From contig CAKKNE010000002.1 of the NCBI GenBank assembly GCA_918797485.1, positions 4,650,001 to 4,714,000 of the forward strand: DNA of 64,000 bases. Reading direction: 5' to 3'. The notes beneath the pieces were generated by a model that was given only the letters and a program-made list of their open reading frames with translations, did not search any database and was not told the DNA's origin. Shown piece by piece: positions 31,095 through 41,009 of the stretch. The position numbers were made by a program, and so were the translations under genes. Each line of letters begins with the position of its first letter. Position 1 is the stretch's first letter. This DNA is from Pelagomonas calceolata. Taxonomy: Eukaryota.

Positions 31095-32597
31095 TTACTC
31101 TATTCGCGCGATGAGGTCGCGCGTCGAGTTGCGGAAGTGCTCCAGCGCTCGCACGGCTCGGTTAACCTGCGCAACTTGCTGCTCATTCAGGCCGGGCGGG
31201 AGGCCCGGCCAGGACGCCATGGCCCCGTCGAACGACCCGAGGGCATCGCGGAGCCCCGCCGCGAGGGCGGCTTCCGACGCGTCGCCTTCGTCCCCGGCGG
31301 CGGCCGCCGCGACGCGCGCGCGGACGCACGTCGGCAGTTGGTTGCAGAGCGTCGCCACGTCCTCCGCGTCGGCGCCGGCAGCGAGGTAGCGTGCCAGCGC
31401 GCGGCTCAGGACGACGTCGGCGTAGGCAGAGTGGTACTGGTGATTCGGGCTGCTTGCCGCCGCCTTCGCAAACGACGAGGCGGCCGCGTCGAGGTCCCCG
31501 GCGGTGAGTTCCTTGTCGCCACGCGCGAACCAGGCGGCGCCTACAGTCGCCGCGTCAGCCCGTCGTCCCGGCGACTGCGTCTGCTCGACGGCGTCTAGAG
31601 ATGCTTCCCGCCAGGCGTATCCGACGGCGGCGACGGCCACAGCAGCCGCCACGGCCGCCGCGCGGAGCCAGGACGGACCTCGGCGGCGCCGCGCCGCGAG
31701 CGCCTCCGCGAGCGCGTCGTCGTCGTCGGTTCGGCGGCGGGGCGGCGGCCGCCGGCGCTGTGGCGGGGCCTTGTGGTGCGGGCGCCGTCGCTGCGCGACC
31801 AGCGGCGACCTCGGCCGCGCCCCCGCGCGCGGCGACGCCGGCGGCGACACGGAGAGCGCGTCGAAGCGTCCCGGCGTGGTCGACACGACGGAAGGCCTTG
31901 GAGCGTCCTGCTCACGGCACCGCTCGCGCCCGCCCGGCAGCGACGGCCCGGGCCGGCAGGCGTCGCCCGTCTCCTTCGCTGGCGCTGGCGCGGCCACGGG
32001 CTCTGGAACGGGCGCCGGTGCGGGCGCCTCGACCGGCGCGGCGGGCGCAGGCGAGGCCGCGTCGCCGCCGCCGCAGCCGCAGGGGACGCGCCGCCCGTCC
32101 CACGCGTCTAATAACGTCGCCGCGGCGTCGCCGTTCGCGCGCAGCGTCGCCACCAGTCCATCTCCCGAGAAGAGGCTCCCGTCGCCGAATCCCGTCGTCC
32201 TCAAACGGTCACACAAACCCTCCAGCGTCACCTCGACGCCCTCGTCGCCCGGCCAGACGGGCTTGTCCGAGCACACGCACTCGGCACAGCCGCAGCCGCA
32301 GCGGTAGCGTCGGACCGACTTCCCGTCGACCACCTCCCTTACTAATCTCGTGAGCGAGTCCGCGCCCGGCGCCGGCGCCGGCGCGGCGGCGCTCACCGTC
32401 GCGTGGCCGACGGCCCCGAGCGCCTGATCAATCACGTGCAGTTCGACGGGCCGCAGGAACTCAAAACTACACGTCTGCTTGCGGAAGTTGGCGCTCACGG
32501 CCTCGATCACGGCGACCTGTTCCAGGGCGCGTTGCGCGACGGCGACGCAGCCGCTACACTTCACATCACCCACAATCACTTTGTCAATTACAGGCAT
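31095..32597 (-). CDS. HMA-domain, Cys-rich, single-TM, TPR-like protein
   Basis: VKCSGCVAVAQRALE..GH HMA fold; CGCGCAECVC and CGCG clusters; TM AAAVAAAVAVAAVGYAW; TPR-like AWFARGD..AAASSFAKAAASSPN. Confidence 0.65.
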   Translation of the reverse strand: MPVIDKVIVGDVKCSGCVAVAQRALEQVAVIEAVSANFRKQTCSFEFLRPVELHVIDQALGAVGHATVSAAAPAPAPGADSLTRLVREVVDGKSVRRYRCGCGCAECVCSDKPVWPGDEGVEVTLEGLCDRLRTTGFGDGSLFSGDGLVATLRANGDAAATLLDAWDGRRVPCGCGGGDAASPAPAAPVEAPAPAPVPEPVAAPAPAKETGDACRPGPSLPGGRERCREQDAPRPSVVSTTPGRFDALSVSPPASPRAGARPRSPLVAQRRRPHHKAPPQRRRPPPRRRTDDDDALAEALAARRRRGPSWLRAAAVAAAVAVAAVGYAWREASLDAVEQTQSPGRRADAATVGAAWFARGDKELTAGDLDAAASSFAKAAASSPNHQYHSAYADVVLSRALARYLAAGADAEDVATLCNQLPTCVRARVAAAAAGDEGDASEAALAAGLRDALGSFDGAMASWPGLPPGLNEQQVAQVNRAVRALEHFRNSTRDLIARIE

Positions 32598-32772
32598 GGG
32601 ATTAACACGAAACGAGTTCGCAGTCACCGTAGGGGTGTTAGAAGTTGTACTGGCACAAGTTATTTGAAACCGTTCGCTGCTAGCGGCAGCGTTTGTCAGC
32701 TGCCAAGACCAAGCACGCTCCCAAAACCCTGGAAAACCTAGTGCGTCTACACTAAGCTTATGATACACATAC

Positions 32773-33546
32773 TCACACAAGAGCGTGCTGTCGCCACTTG
32801 ACCAACTCCATCTCCCACGTGTGCCGCCGCGCGACGGCCGCCTTCCGGATCGGCGGCGGCGGCGCCGCGACCGTCGCCTTCGACGATGCCGGTCGTTGTG
32901 ACATCGACCTCTTAACGCGACGGAAGGCCGCCCGCGCGCCGTCGAAGAATCGGTCGCTACTTGTCTGGTGCACGGCCTCCCAGTGACTCTGGAGGACTTC
33001 CTGAGTCGGAGCCCGCATAAAGCACGCTGGGCATACAAATCCCTCTATCACCGTCTCGGACGGCGGCGCCGCGGGCAGCGACCGGTGCCGGCCGCGTCCG
33101 CCTCTTCCGAAGCGCGACGACGCCGGGACGGCTTGCGGCGGCGGCGGGCGCTCCGGCGAGCCGAGCTCCGCGCCCGGCGCCTCCTCGGTGCTCGGTATCC
33201 GCGCAGCGAGTCGCTCCGGCGAAACGACCGTGAGGAGCTCGGCAATCGTCGGCGCCTCCTCGAGCGGCGTGGTGGGCTCCCGCGGCGGCGTGAGCGGTTC
33301 TTCTTCCTCCGGGGCCTCGTGGATCGTCGCGATCGCGCGCGGCGACGACGATGCGCTCGACACGTCCTCGTCGGTCGAGCGTTGCGCGAGGGCGCGCAGT
33401 TGATCGCCCTCGGCCCGCGCCGCCTGGAGGCGCTTCCACAAGTTTTCTCGCTCGACTTCCTGCCGCTCGAGGTCTTCGGTGATGGCGGAGTTGCGCAGCT
33501 TGAAGCTGGCGATGTTGAGGCCTACTGGGGGCGATCGGTCGGCCAT
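32773..33546 (-). CDS. Coiled-coil protein with C2H2 zinc finger
   Basis: EGFVCPACFMRAPTQEVLQSHWEAVH (EEA1/rabenosyn-like finger). Confidence 0.6.
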   Translation of the reverse strand: MADRSPPVGLNIASFKLRNSAITEDLERQEVERENLWKRLQAARAEGDQLRALAQRSTDEDVSSASSSPRAIATIHEAPEEEEPLTPPREPTTPLEEAPTIAELLTVVSPERLAARIPSTEEAPGAELGSPERPPPPQAVPASSRFGRGGRGRHRSLPAAPPSETVIEGFVCPACFMRAPTQEVLQSHWEAVHQTSSDRFFDGARAAFRRVKRSMSQRPASSKATVAAPPPPIRKAAVARRHTWEMELVKWRQHALV

Positions 33547-33867
33547 ATTTTTTCTGGGTATAAGGCGCCGCCGAGCACTTTACAATTTGATTGCTGTTTT
33601 GCTCTCCGAAACTTTCGAGCCGAGCACGCCGCGATCGTTACGCCAGGGGCTGTGAGATCGTCCTGAGGGCAAGTACGCGTCGAAATTTCGTACGTTTTCA
33701 CGGTCACCGGCCGCCACAAAGCGCTGATGCGATGTGAAAACCCGTGCACTAGGTACTAAGAAAGGCAAGTCTAGATTACAAACAGGGCAGTCAACGGCGC
33801 GGGGTAAAGGTTGGTGTGAGAGTGGGGTGTGGCGCCGGACCGTGGGTCGAATTGTGTCAAAAATTTC

Positions 33868-36087
33868 TCAGGAGCCTGTCATGTCCGCCGACGCCTCGAG
33901 CTCCTCCAGGCTGCGCCCGCTGTGCGCCACCATCGAACGCCGCAGTTCGATGGCCGACGCGCGCACCCGGTCCCGCGCCGTCGCCGGCCGCGGGTACACG
34001 CGAGAAATCGCCGGCTGCTTGCAGAGAGGACAAGTGTTGCGCTGCTTCAGCCACGGGTGTAAACAGTCCGCATGAAACAAGTGGAGGCAGTCCGGCAACC
34101 TTACCACGTCGTCGTCCTCGAGTGCATCGAGGCAGATGGCGCAGACCTCGTCCGCACTTTCTTCGGGCGCGGGTTCGGCCGTCTCCATCAGCTGGGTTAT
34201 TGAACTCTCGTAGGCCTCGGCTACTCTCCTAACAACATCAGCGTTGCGCGTGACTCGTGTTGGGGGAGGTGCCTGCACGGCCTCATTCAAGGCGCGCCTC
34301 CTCCGGAAGTAGCGGAACGCCCTACGGTACGCCCTCCGAAAGATCGACGCGCGCGGCGTCGACCGAGGCACGGGCGGCCCGTCCTCGGTCGCCCACCTTG
34401 CCAATCTTCGTTGCCGTTGTTCGGGCGTGTCCGGCTGAGTCGCCTGGGGGTGCTCCAAATGATCCTCAACTAACACTTCCAAATCCGCCCTAGCTAGTCT
34501 CGAGTAGGGCGTCGGCCCGAAGTCCAACGGTTGATGCGGCCCCCGCCGGGAATTGCGCTGCGTCGCGCAGATAATCAGGCACAGCGAAGTAGCCACGAGC
34601 TCCGCGGCCACGAAGGCAGCGAGCCAGGGGTGCTGTTTTATCGACCGCGCGAAGCCCGACTTCCTCCTTTTTTCGTCATGTTTTTCTTCCGGCTCTGAGC
34701 AGGCCGTCGCGTTCCCGAAGCACACGCCGCACGCGTCCTCGGCTTCGTTGAAACCTTCACAAATGCCGCAGCGGTCGACTCTCGCGTTGCCGTAGCACCC
34801 TCCGGCACAGTCTGGGAGGCAACAAACTGTGGCATTACCTAACGAGCCTTCGAAGGCGTCGCCTGAGCATTGGCCGAGGCAGTCCGTGGTCGTAATGTCG
34901 CAGCAGTTCGCGTTGCTGTCCTCGAATATGTTGACAGAGCAGGTCCCGTCGCAGGCTTGGACGACGAAGGCATTGTTTATATCACATGCGTTATCGCATT
35001 CTGAACGGCCGCACCAGTCGCACGTCGCATTTCCGTCTATTGTCAATTCGGTCGAGAGGACGAGGCGCCGCTCATTTGCAACAGAGGTGGCTTCGCCGCC
35101 GTCGCCGACACCGTCGTCATCATCATTGCTCGGCGACGCGTAGCGCAGCTCGATTGCATATGAACCCTCCGTTGGCGGCGCCTCGCACGTGATCGTAGCG
35201 GGCCCATCAGGACCATCGTCAAAAGTGAACTGAGCCGGCGAGCTGAAGCCTCCGCTGAAGGCGCAGCGCCACGCGAAGGCAGCTTCGCCCGAGCAGCCGA
35301 AAAACGGGGCCCGCAGCGTTATCATGGACGCTACGGACTCGACGCAAAAATCCTCGGGCACGGGACATAGCGTGACCTTCGTCATTGCTAGTGGTGCAGC
35401 GCCGGCGTAGGCGCCTTCGCCTAACGTGCCCCACGCTTCTGCACGTTTCAATTGCTCGTCCGTCGCGGCGACTCTTTCTGAACCGTCGAACCGCAGCCCG
35501 ACGACCAACAAATCCGGTTCCTCATTCATGACCTCCTCGTGGATTATAGTGAGCCTTCCATCCTCAAAGACCTCGACGCCGACTGTGGCGCGTAAATCCG
35601 CTCTTCCATACAACGAGACGTTGCGCCATCGCACAGCTAAAGCGCCGTCGTCCGTGGCGGCGTAGATCGCCGCATTATCATGACCCGGATTCAAGTCCGC
35701 GGCGTAGGCCGCCAGCACGCCGCGCCAGTCGTTTTCTGTCTCGAGCGAGCACTGGTCCGTCGCAAAAAAACCGCTGCAGGGCGGTGCTGGGGAGAAGAAT
35801 AAGGCGCCGTTCGGGTTCGCCCAGGCGTGATTTCTACGTCTTCCTAGGACCGGGGCCGTGCCGTCGACGTGCGCCATGGGCGTGTCGTCAACATCACTAC
35901 TCGCGAGGCGCGTCCACGCTTTCGTGGCCCAACCGTCGGTCCAGGGGTCCGTTCTTACTAGATAGCGTACGCGCGGCGACGCCGTCGCGAGGCGGCGATG
36001 GTCCGGCAAGTGCCGGGCAGGCGGTTCTTGGCCCGGTTCCAAGCGCCGGGCGCCGGCCAGAGCGACTGCAACTATTAACAGACGCAT
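33868..36087 (-). CDS. Type I membrane RING-H2 E3 ligase with large Cys-rich ectodomain
   Basis: Signal peptide; NIDO/PLXDC-like region (AYAADLNPG..VRWRNV); DC.G.C.G.A..D.CG.C repeats; TM; CAICLDALE..LPDCLHLFHADCLHPWLKQRNTCPLCK. Confidence 0.85.
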   Translation of the reverse strand: MRLLIVAVALAGARRLEPGQEPPARHLPDHRRLATASPRVRYLVRTDPWTDGWATKAWTRLASSDVDDTPMAHVDGTAPVLGRRRNHAWANPNGALFFSPAPPCSGFFATDQCSLETENDWRGVLAAYAADLNPGHDNAAIYAATDDGALAVRWRNVSLYGRADLRATVGVEVFEDGRLTIIHEEVMNEEPDLLVVGLRFDGSERVAATDEQLKRAEAWGTLGEGAYAGAAPLAMTKVTLCPVPEDFCVESVASMITLRAPFFGCSGEAAFAWRCAFSGGFSSPAQFTFDDGPDGPATITCEAPPTEGSYAIELRYASPSNDDDDGVGDGGEATSVANERRLVLSTELTIDGNATCDWCGRSECDNACDINNAFVVQACDGTCSVNIFEDSNANCCDITTTDCLGQCSGDAFEGSLGNATVCCLPDCAGGCYGNARVDRCGICEGFNEAEDACGVCFGNATACSEPEEKHDEKRRKSGFARSIKQHPWLAAFVAAELVATSLCLIICATQRNSRRGPHQPLDFGPTPYSRLARADLEVLVEDHLEHPQATQPDTPEQRQRRLARWATEDGPPVPRSTPRASIFRRAYRRAFRYFRRRRALNEAVQAPPPTRVTRNADVVRRVAEAYESSITQLMETAEPAPEESADEVCAICLDALEDDDVVRLPDCLHLFHADCLHPWLKQRNTCPLCKQPAISRVYPRPATARDRVRASAIELRRSMVAHSGRSLEELEASADMTGS

Positions 36088-36146
36088 GTTTACTGGGCTA
36101 TGGCAGCATTTTACGGGACTATGGTACGGAGTCACTCTTTGCAACA

Positions 36147-36167
36147 CTAGTGCCGGTAAGCCGCTAG
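36147..36167. promoter_or_regulatory. CTAGTG..CGCTAG element in a divergent promoter
   Basis: CTAGTGCCGGTAAGCCGCTAG between starts at 36087(-) and 36384(+). Confidence 0.55.
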
Positions 36168-36383
36168 CAATTATTTTATGCTCTTAAGCAAAAGCGCTGG
36201 ATTAGACTGTTGAACTTGTCGTGGGAGTTTTCGGGCAGTGCGCCTGATCAGCTCTCTTCGACCTGCACACGGTTTTCGACCGCTGGGGACGCTCTGCTGC
36301 CAGCTAGAGGCTGCAGCCAGGCGCACCCCAGCCAGCCCCAGCCGTCGAAGCGCAGCCGTCGACGCCGTGAACGACCAGCAGCC

Positions 36384-36890
36384 ATGGCCAACAAAGAGCC
36401 CTGGGCCGCCTCCCTCCTCGTCGCCCTCGCCGGCCTCACGCTCGCGGCCCGGCCGGACCTCCGCCTGCCGATCTGTCTCTTATTGATCGCGGCATTACTT
36501 TCGCCGCCCGGCGTCGCTTCAATAGTAGATGTCCATGCGAACTTCATGGGTGCCACGCTCGAGCGACGACGAGTGCACATGGCGTTCCGCGACATTATGC
36601 GCGGCGGCATGGGAGATGCCATCACAGATGAAAAAGTGAAGCAGGCCCTCAACGCCAACATCAAGGAGGCCGTGGCGGACGCGCTGCGGGACCCCGAGTT
36701 CACGCTGATCGCGCGCGAGACGGTCAAGGACGCGCTGCGGGACCGCGACGTCCACCGCGCGGCGCTCGAGGGCGCCATGGGCAACCTGAGCGTGAAGCTC
36801 AACCCGTTTCGACGGAGCAACGACGACGCGGCGTCGCCGCGGGGGCGGGCGGACTCCGACGGCGCGCGGTCGCCGCCGCCGCCGGCGTAG
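36384..36890 (+). CDS. Hypothetical membrane protein
   Basis: gccATGg start, two hydrophobic segments, internal (V)xDALRD repeat, GC3-rich codons. Confidence 0.6.
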   Translation: MANKEPWAASLLVALAGLTLAARPDLRLPICLLLIAALLSPPGVASIVDVHANFMGATLERRRVHMAFRDIMRGGMGDAITDEKVKQALNANIKEAVADALRDPEFTLIARETVKDALRDRDVHRAALEGAMGNLSVKLNPFRRSNDDAASPRGRADSDGARSPPPPA

Positions 36891-37327
36891 GCGTCCTTTG
36901 TGGATAAGCTGTACCTGTGCACTACCTTACCTTTGCCGAGCATAGTCGTGTGGACATCGCCTCCGCCGGTTCGTCGGCGCCGGTTGCGCAGAGGCCGGCT
37001 CGCGGCGCGCGGTCGCCATTCCGACGGGCAACGTCGGCGAGGCGTCCGCGCAAGGCTGCCCCCGTGACGACGAGGGCGCTAAAATATTGCGCCGATGTTT
37101 GAACCAACGGACCATGCTCTCTGGCCAAATTCTGGCTTCTCGGGCTGCCATTGACGCCGATTCACCGCCGCATTGGGAATCGACGCGCGTGCCGAAGCCT
37201 CCTGAGCTCGCCCGGCCTGCGGCTCCCCCGGAAAATCGAGGCGGCGGCGCTCGCGCTGCCCCACCCCGCAGGACCTTGTCTCAAGGGCAGCACGCCGTAC
37301 CTAGACGCGCGTGCTGCCCCCAAGACC

Positions 37328-38022
37328 ATGATGCGCCTCCTCGCCACGGCCACGGCCGCACATGCCCTGCTCTTCAGCCCGACGCCCGGCGTCCTCGTGC
37401 TCAGTCCGGCGCTGACGGGGCCGCGGACGACCTTCTCCGTCGGGCCCCACGCGGGCGAGTCGTACGAGCGCGTGTGGAGGGAAGATCCCCAGTTCTGCGT
37501 CTGGGCCTTGGAACAGCCCGCGCCGCGGGCGGAACTCGAGGACTTCCAAACTTGGTTACGGTCTGTGTGGAAATCAACCAGTGTGTCGGGTGCACCGATA
37601 ATTCTCCACTAAGTCATTTCTTGACGATGACGCGGCCGTGCTGGCTCCGTCGAGCGGTGAGAGACCCACACCGCCACGCCATCGAGCAGGTGTCGCGTCG
37701 ATGGCGTGGAGGACGGCGCGTCGTAAAACTTTGATTTCCACACAGGTTACGGTCGAAGAGCAAGGCCCGGCGCGCCCCGGTCAAGCTCACGATGCGACGC
37801 CCGAAGCCCATCGTGCCGACGCCCGTGTCCTACCCCGACACGCTGGAGCCCGACGTGGTCCTCCAGCACCAGGAGGTGCCCGTCGTGCACCAAACGATGA
37901 AAGTCGCCGCAAGGATCCTGAAGTGGACCGCGAGCCTCGTGGCCCTGCTCCTCACGCGCGTCCTCGTCGGGACCTGCGCGCGCGCCGTCCGCGCCGCGCT
38001 CGCCGCGGCCGACCGCGCGTGA
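37328..38022 (+). CDS. Hypothetical protein with FxxGxHxGxxY..DPxFCxW motif (exodeoxyribonuclease X-like C-terminal/QSregVF_b-like). Exons 37328-37554, 37746-38022
   Basis: Two ORFs join in frame (FQTW-LRSKSK) after removing the introner intron; signal-like N-terminus and C-terminal hydrophobic helix. Confidence 0.7.
37555..37753 (+). mobile_element. Introner element (intron 37555-37745)
   Basis: TSD GTTACGGT at 37555-37562 and 37746-37753. Perfect 15-bp TIRs CTGTGTGGAAATCAA / TTGATTTCCACACAG. Confidence 0.95.
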
Positions 38023-38285
38023 TGTTGATACCCCTGGCGGGCCAAGAAGGCCCGCGTAGCCCTCCGTCGTAATGCCCTCTTAACTTTACCCGCGCAGCGA
38101 CGCCGCCACGGAGGGGAGCCACGTGGACTTACTGCAAAGAGCGATCGGCGTCGTGCGCGCGTCAACCGAAGGCTATCAGAACAAATTGATAATGAAGCTC
38201 CTCTTGCGTGCCCTCCAGGTCCGTCGCCATGTTGGGCAGCCCCCGCTTGCAAGCGCGACTTGCGAATCCTTTCTCCAAGGGATCC

Positions 38286-38307
38286 CTAGTGTCTTACAGG
38301 CCGCTAG
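38286..38307. promoter_or_regulatory. CTAGTG..CGCTAG element, exact consensus, in a convergent intergenic gap
   Basis: CTAGTGTCTTACAGGCCGCTAG, identical to the copies at 59352 and 62251. Confidence 0.55.
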
Positions 38308-38440
38308 CGGTCTCTCGTTCGGCCGATGAATCGGCGACGCGCGGTGTCTCCCCCCCAGGGGCTCCGCCCACTAGTCCTAGCACCGTAACATCGACTCCTC
38401 TCGTTCGGGGTCCGTACTACCTGGGGGTGGGTTCAATAAG

Positions 38441-38571
<131 letters not shown>

Positions 38572-38744
38572 AAGATCCCTGGGGACGTAGAGCGGCACTC
38601 TTCCCCGCCACCGAGATTGGTGTCTACCCACGCTCCGCGCCATCGAGCAGGGCCGTGTCGACGGCGCGGGGCTCGACGCGAGTGGAACCTTGACGCCATC
38701 GACGCGAATTACTAATGTCAGCTTTACCCCCAGGAAGAACAGCC

Positions 38745-39362
38745 CTACTTGCGCAGCGCGCGGCGGTCGGCGCGCGTCTGCGCGTGGAAGCCGGCCCGGA
38801 TCGGCGTCACGCTCCGCGACGACCCGCAGTTCTGGCAGTGCAGGAAATACAACCGGGACGTGGGGTCGCGCGTCAGCGACGTCTGCGGGCTTCGACACAT
38901 CTGGCAGGTCACGTACTCGACGATGTACTTTCTTAACAGTGATTCAATGTACTTCGGCATGTACTTGCCCTTGATGATCAGGCGCTGCGTGCCGTCGATG
39001 GACCCGTCCGTGCCGAGCTCCGCCATAAAGTACTGAAAAACGTGTTCGGGCGACCGGTTCATGGCCTTGCAGATCTCCGCGTAGTTCACCCAGAGCGTCT
39101 TCTTCGTGCCGATGCGCATGAGCTGGGGCGGCTTCATCGTATGCCGGCGCTTCTCGCCGAGCTCGGGATTCTTTTCCTGGATGATCTTCGCGACGCGGTC
39201 CAATAATTCATCATAGGTGTAGTTCGCGTACTTGCTGTCGGTCTTCGCCGTCTCCTCCTCTTGTACTTTCTTCTTCTTCTTTTTCTTCTTCATCTTGCTG
39301 AGGTCGAACATCGCCGCGACCTCCTCGTCTTGCGTGGGAGCGGCCTCCTCGAGGGCCGCCAT
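38745..39362 (-). CDS. EIF2S2: Translation initiation factor 2 subunit beta
   Basis: Poly-Lys box, YTYDELLDRV, KPPQLMRIGTKKT, AELGTDGSIDG, EYVTCQMCRS..CQNCGSSRSV. Confidence 0.95.
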   Translation of the reverse strand: MAALEEAAPTQDEEVAAMFDLSKMKKKKKKKKVQEEETAKTDSKYANYTYDELLDRVAKIIQEKNPELGEKRRHTMKPPQLMRIGTKKTLWVNYAEICKAMNRSPEHVFQYFMAELGTDGSIDGTQRLIIKGKYMPKYIESLLRKYIVEYVTCQMCRSPQTSLTRDPTSRLYFLHCQNCGSSRSVTPIRAGFHAQTRADRRALRK

Positions 39363-39598
39363 CGTGCGCTGCTTGCTTTTGACGCTGTCGAGCTTAGTAT
39401 GCCGCCGCGCGATGGGCTGGGCTTTTTTAAGAGCTTTCCTGCTTGCTGCTGCTGTGCTGCTTGACGCGGCGACGTTCGTGCAAAGAGAGAGCACTGCTGG
39501 CTTCGCTGGGGCTCGAGTGGACAACTGGGCCTCGCTAAGGTGTCAGCGTGGGCTGAAAAGCGCCTACACACCACCAAAGCGCAATCGCCGCCGAGTGG

Positions 39599-39621
39599 CT
39601 AGTGCCCTTACTTGCCGCTAG
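39599..39621. promoter_or_regulatory. CTAGTG..CGCTAG element in a divergent promoter
   Basis: CTAGTGCCCTTACTTGCCGCTAG between starts at 39362(-) and 39808(+). Confidence 0.55.
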
Positions 39622-39807
39622 CAGCGAAAAAAATAAACCGTGTAAACTCGGCCGCTCCGCGCCTAAACACTGCACTGCCGTGCGCAAGACACCGTCTATA
39701 TCAGCACTGTACTGGGCGAAGACAGCCGCAACGCGTGCGTGCCGCTAGCCCTTCGTCTAGGAGGGTGCACTCTTTCTCTTGCTTCAGCGCAGCGCGCACG
39801 CGTAGAC

Positions 39808-40200
39808 ATGGGTAAAAAACGCAAGACAAATAACAAGGATGCCGGCAAAAAGAGCAAAAAGCAAGCCACGCCGCGCGCACCGAGCGCCGCGCCGGCCGCG
39901 TCGCCGTCCGGCGCCATGAGCGACACGCTCCTCAAAATGAAGTTCATGCAGAAGGCCTCGCCGGCGCCGGCCGCCGCGCCCGCCGCCGCCGCGCCGGTCG
40001 TATCCAAGGAGCCGCCCGAGCGCAAGCTCTTTGGAAGGCGGAGCTTCGGGGGCTTCAACCGCGAGATCGAACGGAACGAGGCCTCCTTCTACCGGGCCCA
40101 CGGCCTGCGCTACGACGTCATGCCCGCCGCCGACGCCCCGAAGCCGGCATTAGACTTCGGCGCCTACTCGCAGGGGAGGCGTAAAGACAAAAAACGCTAG
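39808..40200 (+). CDS. MPP6: M-phase phosphoprotein 6-like nuclear exosome cofactor
   Basis: MSDTLLKMKFMQK and GRRSFGGFNREIE motifs. Confidence 0.75.
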   Translation: MGKKRKTNNKDAGKKSKKQATPRAPSAAPAASPSGAMSDTLLKMKFMQKASPAPAAAPAAAAPVVSKEPPERKLFGRRSFGGFNREIERNEASFYRAHGLRYDVMPAADAPKPALDFGAYSQGRRKDKKR

Positions 40201-41009
40201 AAGATCGTTATCAGCACGAAGCACGAGTAGATCAGCGCGAGCGGGTAGGCTATCAAATAGCGCTGCGGCCGCATGTGCAGCTTCGCCTCGAACAGTCGCG
40301 TGGAGGTACACGTCGAGGCCAACACGGCCAAACCACCCAATACTTGCCCCGGCACCGATGACGAGGATACCACAATAGACGCCGCCGCGAGCAAGACCAC
40401 AGGTAGTAAACAATACCCCAAAAAACTCACGACCGTCCCGAAGGCCACACCTCCATCTTGATGCATCAGATTAAGGAGCACGTAAGTAGCAACGCACGAG
40501 GACAGGCCAAACCCGTAGACGTAGCCGAAGTGGAGCTTGCCTCTCAACACCAACGCTCCAGCTAACAGTAAAGCGAAGACCGCGGGACCGGCCAGATCGC
40601 TACCTTCGACCAATCGCTCATCGACGGCCCGGAACGAGGGAGTCAAAACCAGTTTCGTCTTGGACCAGATGTCCTCGAAGTCTACGCCGAGCTCTTCCAG
40701 GAGTGGCGGTTCGTCAATACCGGAGGGATCATAGCCAAAAGACGTCCCCTGCGACGAGGCATAAAACGCGCCGCCGTTCGGCGTCGGTTGATTAAATCCA
40801 TTCGACGTATATTGGGTAGGTTGCGCTTGGGCACCCCAGGTCGGGTCCTCGCCCAAGTTAAACTGGAACTCTTGCTGTTGCTGGAACTGCGGCTGTTGTT
40901 GGAACTGCTGGCCGCCGGACGCGTAGTCGCCGCCGTGGGGGAAGCCGCTACTTTGCTGCTGGAATTGCTGTTGTGGTGGTTGCTGGAAGTTCGGGTTGAA
41001 GGCGGCCAT
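40197..41009 (-). CDS. YIP1: Yip1/YIPF5-like Golgi membrane protein
   Basis: EPPLLEELGVDF..KTK.VL, DLAGP, GKLHFGYVYG, LGYCLLP, QRYLIAYP..YSCFVLITIF. Confidence 0.92.
   Translation of the reverse strand: MAAFNPNFQQPPQQQFQQQSSGFPHGGDYASGGQQFQQQPQFQQQQEFQFNLGEDPTWGAQAQPTQYTSNGFNQPTPNGGAFYASSQGTSFGYDPSGIDEPPLLEELGVDFEDIWSKTKLVLTPSFRAVDERLVEGSDLAGPAVFALLLAGALVLRGKLHFGYVYGFGLSSCVATYVLLNLMHQDGGVAFGTVVSFLGYCLLPVVLLAAASIVVSSSSVPGQVLGGLAVLASTCTSTRLFEAKLHMRPQRYLIAYPLALIYSCFVLITIF

Noticed and set aside
38286..38307. Helitron 3' end or rho-independent terminator reading of the CTAG palindrome
   Set aside because: No separate upstream hairpin, poly-T or extended shared body was seen, and the copies cluster at gene 5' ends. 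Not fully excluded.
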